41,049 nt of DNA, taken from NCBI GenBank assembly GCA_965644315.1, contig CBFFRQ010000121.1:1-41049 (forward strand), written 5' to 3'. Under the pieces are notes generated by a model that did no database searches, was not told the DNA's origin, and saw only the letters and a program-made list of their open reading frames with translations. Positions 11,105 through 20,574 of the stretch are shown in pieces (the first letter of the stretch is position 1; each line of letters starts with the position of its first letter). Position numbers and translations under genes: made by a program. The stretch comes from Caecitellus pseudoparvulus (taxonomy: Eukaryota; Protista; Bigyra: Bicosoecida).

Positions 11105-13897
11105 ATGGCAGCAGCAGAAGTACCCACGGAGGTTGGAGTCAGTGAGCGTGAGATGGGGCCGTTCGAGAAGCTGTGCAGGTCTGGATTGCGCGTGAGCCGC
11201 CCAGCAAGGGTACCCAAGGTTTATGGTAGCTTGTGGAAGATGATGGTGCTGGACCATGACAGCGCATTTCTCCCCATAGGCCACTTGGTTGAAGCGTACA
11301 CAGTTCTAGCATCGATGGCAGGTATCTTGCACAGGTCAGCACCATCACCGGTGACCTTCTTGCTGACTGGCCCGAAAGGCATCGGGAAGTCCCACCTGTT
11401 TCGCAAGTTTGCCAAGCACGTCGCTGATGTCAGCAGGAGAGCAGCGGATGGGAGGCTCACCATCTGCTGCCGGGCCGACCTCAGAAAGCGCAGTTCCACA
11501 TGCCCAAAGAATTTCCATGAGTGGCTGTTTCATGCCATTGCCGAAGAACTCGAAGATCTGCATCGGCACCCAGAAGTGGTGCAAGTGCTCCGCAACTTCG
11601 CCGCCCACGCTGCAGGTTCGATAGACGAGGAAGTGAGCAAGGAACAGCTTTCTGTCATCTTCACCTTGCGTGACGGCACCAAGGCTCAGCGACCCCAGTT
11701 GCATAGAGAAATGTCGAGTGCCAGTGAGCTTGACCGACTGGACATTGCAAGCGCTTTGCTGAAGCAAGCTGGCATCGCGGTCATTGCAGTCGTTGATGAA
11801 GCGGAGTACCTGTTCCAGGAACGCAAGTTCGACTTCGCAACCACAAGACGATGGCAAAGTCAAATGGAGGGTGTTCTCAGCCTGGTCGAGCCCGCCATTG
11901 GCATGGTGGTCTGTGCGAGCTTCCAGCGTGCACGACAGCTGCTCCTGTCCGACGGATCACCCCATGACTTTCCCCCAGAGTACACACATGTGTCACTGCG
12001 AGGAAACTGGAACGAGACCAAGCTTAAAAGCAAGCGCCTGAGGGGTGCCACGTGGACGGAGACGTCCCTCAAGGCTTTCCTGCTCACACACGCCTGTCAG
12101 TCGGTGGACCCTTCGTTTGCACTGTACAGGGGGGAAGCAGACAAGCAGCAGCCTAGTGCGGCGGTGGACGCAGCACAGGAGCCGTCGGGTGCAGCAGCGA
12201 AGGAGAAGATGCAGCCGTCAGAAGCAGCGCTGGAAATGGCGAGGAAGCTTGACGCGCTGTTCCTGCGGCGCTTGGAGAGGGAAGGGGACATGAGCGAAGA
12301 GGAGAAGCTCAAGTCCTCCCTGGAATGTGCCCTGGAGCTGTACGGGCACACACCTCGGAACTTGGCGCATGCTGCATCTACGCTTTTCCTAGAATGGGAA
12401 CCATCCACTCCATGGCCAGAACCCACGAGCCCCGTGTTCACAGAGGACCTGTGCGAGGCAAGCGAAGACCACGAGCAGGTGATGCGCTCAGTCCTCGCGC
12501 TCTTGCCGGATGCCAAAAGAGCAAAGCTGCCGGGAGCCACGGCGCTTGGATTCCGATCCTCACATTTCGTCGTACCAAGAGGCAAGCTCACGAGAAAGCT
12601 GAAGGAGTCCCCCGAGCAGCCGCCCGCGGCAGCAGCAGGCGACGTCACAGTACAGGGGACAGCTACAACTACTCCAGCCGCCACAAGACTCATTGACAGT
12701 GCCATCGACAAAGGCTGGCTTGTGGAGCATCGCGGCTGCCTGGGCCTAGGCAGCCTGGGGGTGTACCGCAGGTATGGGCGCGGAAGAGTGCACAAGGACG
12801 TCATGATGTGGATGCGACATGACGGATACGGAGAGAGGGCCGAGCTGCCCATTACCCGTGCCCTGGCGAGGATGCCAGACCAAGATGGAGATGTCCTCGT
12901 GACGGACGAAGGTGGAGAAGAAGAGGACAGTGAAGGTGTAGCGGAGTCCCAGAAGCAAGCCGTGAAAGCCAGCAACAGCGACACCGAGGGCGGGCAGCTG
13001 GCGGGGGTGCGCATGGAGGTCGTGGCAGGCCGCACAGCAGACCTGCCAGCACAAGCGGCTGCACCAGCGGAGAGTGTTGGGCCACCACACGCCGCAGCGG
13101 GAGCTGGTGGAGCAGGTGGTGGGGGCCAGGCAGCCGAGGCTGAGGCAGATTGGCGTGCGCGTGCACGAGCTGCGTACGAGGCTCTTGAGCAGGTTCATGA
13201 GAGTTTCAAAGAGTACTTGGCTCTCCGCAGGGGTGCATTCTGGATGAAGGAGCTCCCAGATGTCTACGGTGGCGGCGTGATTCGGGTGTCCTACGAAGTG
13301 AAGGACGGCGTGACGACTGTGTGGATCATGCGTGTGCAGGTGAAGCGAGCCAACCAGAAGACACTGGAGAACGGAGATGTGAACGATGCAGGAGTTGCTG
13401 CAGTGCGGAAGGCAGTGGAAGGCTTGATGGATGTGGAGTCCTACAGCGAAGCGAAGCGGGCGCACATCGAGGGGAAGCACATGCTCGTGGTGCGTGCTGT
13501 GGGTGACTTGATTGCTGCCGCGAGATTGCTGTGCAACCAACCCAAACTAAAGCCTGGGAGCATGTTCGCCTGGGAGGAAGAATTCGCAGGGTATTTGCAG
13601 CAAGGCAGCCTCCGCATTGAGGATGGCGGCGCCATGATTGCCTTGACGCACACAGTACCAGACGGCATGCGAGAACATGTGGAGGGGCAGCTGGGCATCC
13701 GCATCGTGGACGGGACCAACCTGCGGGGGTACTGGGATATCCTGCAGAAAGCAAGCAAGCGGGAAGGGGTGTACTTGGAGAATGCCGGCGCCAAAGCAGT
13801 TGAGGCAGCGGGCTCTACTGGATCGCGCACGGGCCAAGACGTGCTTGACGCGCTCTACAAAAAGTACATGGCATGGAGTGCAAGATCTGGGGAATGA
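11105..13897 (+). CDS. STAND-like P-loop NTPase fused to Mrr-like PD-(D/E)xK nuclease, copy 3 (ORF open from 11093)
   Basis: Walker A GPKGIGKS (11369-11392), Walker B VIAVVDEAE, YGHTPRNL, IDKGWLVE, PDVYGGGVIRV...VQVKR...IRIVDGTNL. C-terminal tail diverges from copies 1 and 2. Confidence 0.8.
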   Translation: MAAAEVPTEVGVSEREMGPFEKLCRSGLRVSRPARVPKVYGSLWKMMVLDHDSAFLPIGHLVEAYTVLASMAGILHRSAPSPVTFLLTGPKGIGKSHLFRKFAKHVADVSRRAADGRLTICCRADLRKRSSTCPKNFHEWLFHAIAEELEDLHRHPEVVQVLRNFAAHAAGSIDEEVSKEQLSVIFTLRDGTKAQRPQLHREMSSASELDRLDIASALLKQAGIAVIAVVDEAEYLFQERKFDFATTRRWQSQMEGVLSLVEPAIGMVVCASFQRARQLLLSDGSPHDFPPEYTHVSLRGNWNETKLKSKRLRGATWTETSLKAFLLTHACQSVDPSFALYRGEADKQQPSAAVDAAQEPSGAAAKEKMQPSEAALEMARKLDALFLRRLEREGDMSEEEKLKSSLECALELYGHTPRNLAHAASTLFLEWEPSTPWPEPTSPVFTEDLCEASEDHEQVMRSVLALLPDAKRAKLPGATALGFRSSHFVVPRGKLTRKLKESPEQPPAAAAGDVTVQGTATTTPAATRLIDSAIDKGWLVEHRGCLGLGSLGVYRRYGRGRVHKDVMMWMRHDGYGERAELPITRALARMPDQDGDVLVTDEGGEEEDSEGVAESQKQAVKASNSDTEGGQLAGVRMEVVAGRTADLPAQAAAPAESVGPPHAAAGAGGAGGGGQAAEAEADWRARARAAYEALEQVHESFKEYLALRRGAFWMKELPDVYGGGVIRVSYEVKDGVTTVWIMRVQVKRANQKTLENGDVNDAGVAAVRKAVEGLMDVESYSEAKRAHIEGKHMLVVRAVGDLIAAARLLCNQPKLKPGSMFAWEEEFAGYLQQGSLRIEDGGAMIALTHTVPDGMREHVEGQLGIRIVDGTNLRGYWDILQKASKREGVYLENAGAKAVEAAGSTGSRTGQDVLDALYKKYMAWSARSGE

Positions 13898-13923
13898 GAC
13901 AACCAATGCAGTGCTGTGCCATA

Positions 13924-16700
13924 CACATAAACAATGAATCTTGATGCTTCCAACCGGTCATGTACCATTTTGACTTCCACTGTCACCATTCGATCCGACC
14001 CCGTAAATGTGAGGTCGGGACCTGGAGCTAAGAACGCCAGGCCTCTTACGTTTCCTGGCTTTCTAGGCAACTGTCAGAGCTTTTAGGTGTGCCCGGCATC
14101 ATTCATGAAACGACATGTCAAAGTTTCAAGAAAAACTGTGAACTCTGTGCCCAAAGTTTGAGGGCCCCTCAAAAAATTGAGGGTTGCTCGAACTGATGAG
14201 GTCATGATCTGGACAGGCGGAACTGTCCCCTTTGCCCAACAGGGACGAGACTTCGGAATGAAACATCTGGAATCAAAGCGTTTGACATTACTTTCTATCC
14301 CACTTTAGAATCCTTCCAAACACTGCCGTTCACAAGAATTCCAGACGTCCCTACACGGAAAATGTATGACATCTTTCACTATGCTCCTCAAACCTTTCCA
14401 AACAACCACCGATTCAAAGCAAATGGCAAGCTTCATGCTTGAACGCGACAAGGCGAGGCACGCAGTACCCCCAGCACATTCATTAAACAGTGTCGCACTG
14501 CCTGCAGACAAACAAGAGCTTTTCTTTACCTTGACTTTCAAATGATTGCCAATTGCAAAGAACCAAGGAGATTTGCGTTCTATATTGACAAATTATCCCG
14601 CCGCCGCATTCACTTCTTGAACTGAAAGAGAAATACTTCTGCAAGGAAGCATTTTCTCTTCATGAGATAATGCGCTTTACTATATTTCTGTTCATTTGAT
14701 TACACCTTTCTCCTGCCGAGTGATAGAAAACAGACAAACAAAAATTCTCTCATTCTTAACAGATGGAATCACCAATCCAGTAACTTCATTCTCTCAGTGG
14801 AAATTCCGTATCTGGATTCCAATTTTGCTAAACATGGGAATGCGTGGATTTTCTCTTTCAAAGTATGTATAAGAATGTCCAGACTGCACTTACGTGCCTT
14901 ACAAGGCCTCCAGCTGGTCAAAGTTGGCAGTAAAGTAGACGTACATACTTTTTTTGACAGTAAGTTGCAAGATATAAGCTTTCTGTGTAGCTTGGGCGGG
15001 CTCGCCCTTGTCTTCTTCCTGTCGCGCTCGAATCCACTCGTTTGTGGTTGCTCAGGACGGCAGGTGCATTCCACGCTCCCATTGAGAGCGCTAAATGGCT
15101 CTGAGATCCGCCAACAGGCCCAGTACAAGTCCATGGGTGACATGCTTCAATCAAACTTGAGTGCATCGCTTCACGACTAACATTTCGTATCCAGGGGCTG
15201 TTTTCATGTCTGGGCCCTTGAAAATAGTACTTACAGTTTCTGCCACACTGGCCACAAGCTTCATCAGCTTTGCATTCCTTTCTGTGCGGTTTCCCATGCG
15301 AGCAGGACTAACCATCCAGTGCTCCCTAGGCTAAAGCACAGGCTTCAAGTACTGATTATTGTTGTATGATGTCACTGTTCTCTCGTGTCATGGAGACTTT
15401 GTGTGGTGCATTTGTCACGATTTTGGAGCGACCGAACGGATCGCCACACTTTCCAAGCGATTCGCCGCTGGTAAATGCAATTATGTAAACTCTTGAATGA
15501 ATAATATAAACAAGGCACTATTGGGCGCATGTACTTTGTAGTATCCGGTTTTGCGGAGTTACGCCCGAGTGAATGCCCAAGATAGCACCCTGTCAACTGC
15601 CTAGAGTGCACAAGTGCGTTGAGAACCGGACATTCTGTCTCCCTGATACGGTATGCTCTGTTCGATTAGAAGTCACGTTTAATTAGATGCAACTTCATAG
15701 GTCTTATGTTGGTGTACCGGGACAACGTAACTCTGAGCTGGTGCGTTGAATTCCAAATTGTCATAGTACCAATGCCGATCGAGCCTCATTGAATGTCAAA
15801 TCTACAGACACAGTAGCCTGTTCACTCTGCTAGTTCTGAATTGCGCTGTATTGGTTTCTCCGAGCGTCGCAACTTTCCATGGAGAGCAGTTGAGTCTCTT
15901 GCACAGTACTTTTCACCGCTGACAGATTTGTCTGGGAATGATGCTGTTGCACAGTACTTCCTAAATGCAGTATGATGCTTTTGAGCACGCCCATGGCAAG
16001 CATTCTGGATTACTATGGATTCCTCTTGCTCTATTGATGCAAGGGAAGCAATATTGACATCGCTGCCAGAAAAATGGCAATGATTCGGACATGTGTGAGC
16101 TACGCGAAGGAACTGTGCAGTCACGACGAACGAATGGTTGCAACGAAGCGGATCTGCATAGGAGATGCTTCTTCCAACGGCGCTAATTTTATTCAAGCAA
16201 GCCTGCGGTTCTCCGCAGCTTCATTTTTTCTATTTTTTTGGAGTTTAGTGAAGTGAGAAGATCTCGAGTTCAATGCTGATTCTCTCATTGTTTTCCGACA
16301 GTCCCTGGTCGCACCTGAGAGCGATTTGCTTTGTCTTCAGTTTAGAATTTGTTGCTGTGTATTGATTTTAATTGAAGGCCATCCCTTGAGTTCAGTGGTA
16401 TGCGGGTTCTGGTCTTTGGGAATGGTTTTCATATGTTCAATTTGTCGGGTCATGCGCTGTGCTTCAGTGCCTGCTGCAAGAGGTTTTGTAAGATGGGGAT
16501 GGGCATCGTTTTTTTGTGTTTGTATGTTCGTTTGCAGGGTACGTCCGTCTTCGTTGAAGGTGTGCAGTGTGTGCTCTGCGCCAGAGCTGCCAGTTGTCAC
16601 GCCTGGGCGATCCAGTTGGCAAATCCATGCTGCAGGCAAACTTGGCAACTGCGTCAGATCTCCCTCGGACCATGACATTCATTGGGTGGTGACTGTCGTG
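13924..16700. other. Lower-GC island without an intact gene; possible decayed mobile or viral insertion
   Basis: Hand counts of 60-nt lines: 20/60 GC at 14641, 19/60 at 15481, 35/60 at 15001, versus 38/60 at 17941. Only short ORFs. Begins exactly where array homology stops. Right boundary approximate. Confidence 0.55.
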
Positions 16701-16868
16701 CGGAGTGCGGCTCGCTGTCTTGGCATTGCCTCTCGGTGTTTGCAGGCATTGCCGTTTCAGTGCAAAGTCCGCAGTTGCCACTGGCGCGGCTATTTCGCGG
16801 GCATCCGCGTGGGCTTCATCTGAGGCAAGCGCTTCGGAGAACGTACTCGTGCTTAAGCTCTGTGTGCC

Positions 16869-18683
16869 ATGTCTGCGACATCCTCTTCTGCTGCGGGCGG
16901 AATCGTGCTGGAGGAGGCCAAGCCGCTGCGGGAATCCATCTTGTGGCGGCTGCAGAGCGCCTTCTACAATGATGTCAGCATCGAAGCGTGGTCAAAGGCA
17001 ATCGTGCCGAACTTCGTGTCTTCCAACAGCTTTCTGGCCAAGTGCTATGCCCGCATGATCCTTGCTTACGCTCGTGACTGGTTCCTTGGGTAGGTGAAGC
17101 GTGGCGTGGTGCGTGGTGGCCCGTGCACTGCACAGGCTGCGTCTGCAATTGTTTGCAGGAATGGCGCTGCCGACCCGTCACAACCTGTGTATGTGTTGGA
17201 AGTTGGCGCTGGGCATGGCAAGTTGACGCACCTGCTGCTGTACCACTTGAACGACATGCGTGAGGCATGGCCGCCAGGGGTAGAGGTGCCGTTCCAGATC
17301 ATCATGACAGATTTCACGCAGAACAACGTGGATTTTTGGCTGAAGCACGAGCCGTTGAAAGCTCACGTGGAAAGTGGTTTGTTGGACATGGCTGTGTTTG
17401 ACGCAGTGTACGACTGCAGCCTGCGCCTGGTGCACGGGAAGAAGACGCTGAACCCGACAAACCTCGCCAACCCCGTCATCGCCATCACGAACTACATCTT
17501 CGACACGCTGCCCCACGATGCGTTTCAAGTGCGGGGCGGGGCTTTGCACCAGGCCAGCGTCCGCACCAGCACCGCCAGTGCTTCCGAGGAGGCTCAGCGC
17601 AAGGTGCAGCAGGTGCTGGGCAAGGCGGCTGCAGAGGGCCGCCCAGTGCCAGGCACGGCTGTGCCAGTGGAGGCAGGGATGATCAAGCGCCTGGGGTGTG
17701 AGTGGTCGTACCAGGAGGTGGACGTGGAGACCCTGCCTGAGCCGTACGCAGGTGACCCCGCCCTGGCTAGTGTGCTGCAGTGGTACCAAGGTGAAGTGGA
17801 GGAGGCCAGTGTGCTGGTGCCAATCGGCGGCCTGGCCCTGCTGCGCAATCTCCTGACCTTGTCCAAGGGGCGCTGCATGCTGCTGCTGGGGGACAAGGCG
17901 TACAGCAAGCTGAGCGAGCTGGAGGGTGTGCGGGATCCACACATCGCCCTGCACGGCTCCTTCAGCCTCATGGTGAACCTGCACGCGGTGGACCTGTACG
18001 CGCAGGCCAAGGGGGGCTTCTCCCTCATGACGCCGTACATTGACGGCTTCAAGTGCGCCGCCGTGGTGTTCGGGGAGTCACCGGAAGGCCTCGTGGAGAC
18101 TCGCCTGGCGTGGGAAGACGTCATGGTGGACTTCGGGCCAGAGAACTTCTCCTGCGTGCAGCGGTGCATCAAGGACGAAACGGCCAGCCCGTCCTTGGCC
18201 ACGGCTCTGGCTGTGATCCGCGCGGCGCAGTGGGACAGCGACGTCTTCTACAAGTTCAAGGCCACCATCCTCGCCAACAGCAGCAGCAGCAGCGTGCCCG
18301 ACAAGCTCAAGAGTGACCTGTACGAAGATGTGAAGCGCATCTCGGCAACGTACTATCCCCTGCAGAGCTCCAAGGACATTTCGTTTGAGCTGTCACGCGT
18401 GCTGATGGGGCTGGGGCGGTACGCTGAAGCTGTGGAGGGTTTCCAGCGCAGCATGGCGCAGTGCGGGGAGCACCATGTGACGTGGTACAACATCGCCCTG
18501 TGCCAGTTCCACATGGGGGCGTTCCCAGCGGCGAAGGAGCTGTTCACCAAGTCCCTGAAACAGTCGGGAGGGCGCTACGAGAACGCGAAGCTGTGGCTGG
18601 ACAAGACTGAGGAGAAGCTTGCTGCATTGGAGGGGGGGAAAGCCGAGGTGGCGCCAGAGGGTGGTGAGGCCGCAGCGGAATGA
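16869..18683 (+). CDS. SAM-dependent methyltransferase (MidA/NDUFAF7-like) with C-terminal TPR repeats; intron 17090-17158
   Basis: Motif I VLEVGAGHGKL, MidA-like NYIFDTLPHD, TPR-like YAEAVEGFQRS and TWYNIALCQFHMG. A 69-nt GT-AG intron joins the 16869 exon in frame (WFLG-NGAADP). Confidence 0.75.
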
Positions 18684-18821
18684 GTGCCGCAATTCAACAC
18701 TGACACAAAGGCACACCGCCCTGCAGGCCACTGCCACTGGGTGGAGCGTGGGCTGTTCAGGGGGAGTGCAGGCAGCTGGAGCTTGCAGCGGAAATTGGTC
18801 ACATTGGGGCGTGTGCAAGCG

Positions 18822-19944
18822 ATGGCGTCTGCTTCGGCAGCCAAGCGGTCTGAGGCTGGAGACGCTTCCATCCTCGCCCGCTACAAGCACGACTTGCTGG
18901 CAGCTGTGGAAGATGATGTGGGTCCCGGCACTTGCCCCGTGTCGGCGAGGGTGTGCGCGGATCACCCGCTGGTGGCTTTCCTGCTTTGCCCCAGGTTTCA
19001 AGCCGCATCGTGGACATCCTCACGGCCCTGCTGGACGAGACGTTTAATCTCAAAGCCATTGCAGTGTGTATGTGCGCTGCGTACGAGTGTGCGTGGTCCT
19101 GTGACTTGGGCCGCCCTATCTCGCCACTGCGCAGGCCAGCAAGGTGGGGCACTCCCTCAGCAAGCTGCGCAAGCATGCCGATGCAGGTGTGGCAAAGGCG
19201 GCCAAGGCAGTGGTGAAGAAGTGGAAGGCTCAGCAGGAGGCGGCGATCAAGGCTGCCAGCGTAAGCCCCACTCCGAGTGCCGCAGAGGCTGCCGCTGCGG
19301 TCGTACCAACATCTCCCCCGGCAGAGCCATTTGAAGACGAGGCAGGGCTGCCGAGGAACCGACTGGCGGTGCGTAAGGCGCTGGGCAAGAAGGTGTTGGC
19401 TGCCTGCGAGAGTGAGCAGGGGCTGGCGCTGCAGCGAGAGCTGCGGCCTGGGCGGGAGCCGCTGACAGGGCAGCAGCTGCAGTGGAAGGTGGCGGGGCGC
19501 ATGGCTGAGGTGGAGCGGGCCCTGCACAAGCTGCAGGGGTGCATTGATCCACAGCGCCCGTCAGCTGAGTATTCGGAACAGTTCCGCCGCCTGCACTTCA
19601 ACTTCGGCGACAACGTGCCGTTGGCTGTGAAGGCGGGCTTGGGGCTGGCAGACGCGGCGTGGCTGGCGACCGCCTCCAAGGAAGACGTGGCGTCCGAGAC
19701 CATCAAGAAGCAGACTGATGCCGTTCTGACAGCAGGCAAGGAGGCGGTGCAGCTGGACTGGGCGGCCAAGAACAAGACGAAGCAGATGGAGGCTGCCGGC
19801 ATGCAGGTGCACAAGGGCACCTTCCAGTGCAAGGTGTGCAAGTCCTGGAACACCACATACACACAGAAACAGACACGGTCGGCAGACGAACCCATGACAA
19901 CCTTCGTCTTGTGTGTGGACTGCGACAACCGGTGGAAGATGTGA
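18822..19944 (+). CDS. TFIIS: Transcription elongation factor TFIIS; introns 18918-18994 and 19064-19134
   Basis: C-terminal zinc ribbon CKVC...[19 protein letters not shown]-terminal domain [12 protein letters not shown]...AKAVVKKWK. Splicing restores a continuous frame from MASASAAK. Confidence 0.93.
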
Positions 19945-20145
19945 CCAATGCAGTGGCCACTTCAGCGGGCCAGCGCAAGCCAGCGCCTGGGGGCCGCAAA
20001 TGCACCCGTGAGCCTGAGCGTTACATTTCCCCACGACTCACACAACCCCAACACCTCACACGGCACCCCGGCTCGCCCCTGCCCCTTTCCCCTGCATGTG
20101 CACCTGCACTGCCAGCACCAGCACCTCCCGGCACACGTAGCAGTC

Positions 20146-20437
20146 ATGGCATCCACGCAGCTCACCAGCGCCTTCCGCAAGGCTGGCCTGAACTACCTGG
20201 AGGTGTTGAACGTGCAGACGTCAGCTCTGCGCAACGTCCTCAAGGAGCCCATGCGCTCTCAGGTCATGTCCCGCACCACCTACCAATTCCGGCAGTTCAC
20301 CTACGATCAGGGCGTGGAGAGCCCCGCCAGTGCGTGCTGCGAGCTACTCAGCGCGGCCCATGCTGGCCGTGACATGCACAACATGCTTTCTCCCCGCAGC
20401 TGTCGTGACGAACGCGCAGGGTGCCTCTGGCAAGTAG
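20146..20437 (+). CDS. ATP15: Mitochondrial F1 ATP synthase epsilon subunit; intron 20330-20399
   Basis: SAFRKAGLNYLEVLNVQTSALRNVLKEP fits the epsilon consensus WRxAGLxYxxYxxxxAxxxRxxLKE. A 70-nt intron gives a ~73-aa protein ending TVVTNAQGASGK. Confidence 0.85.
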
Positions 20438-20574
20438 ATGGAGGTCCTGGTTCGGCGGTGACGAAACGCTGGTGTCACGCCCACGCGCAAGGGGTGGACG
20501 TGCGTGGCAAGCACCCGCCGATCCAACCCGCGAAATGCATTTGTCACCAAACCACTCAGTGTGCGAAGCTGCCT

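Larger units (their letters stand above)
1..13923 (+). repeat. Tandem segmental array of ~5.85-kb units (NTPase-nuclease gene plus decayed FN3-like gene fragment); 3 copies, first truncated by window start, third truncated just after its stop codon
   Basis: Position 1 (gccggagcgcgtgggcgg) aligns with 5863 and 11720. Stops 2214 and 8067 are 5853 bp apart. MAAAEVP ATGs at 5251 and 11105 are 5854 bp apart. Similarity to the earlier units ends at ~13923 (...aatgcagtgctgtgccata). Confidence 0.95.

Noticed and set aside
14730-14860. hAT transposase dimerisation-like words FPCLAKL and VIPSVKNERIF on the minus strand
   Set aside because: They are in different frames, the match is weak, and no terminal inverted repeats or 8-bp target duplication were found. 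Insufficient to call a hAT element.
13924-16690. Possible terminal inverted repeat (caatgaat at the left end, attcattg near 16680)
   Set aside because: Only ~8 bp match with mismatched flanks; compatible with chance.
16869-18683. Methyltransferase near nuclease genes as a restriction-modification pair
   Set aside because: No DNA-methyltransferase catalytic motif (DPPY/NPPY or PC). It looks like a MidA-type protein methyltransferase with an intron, and it is separated from the array by the 2.8-kb island.
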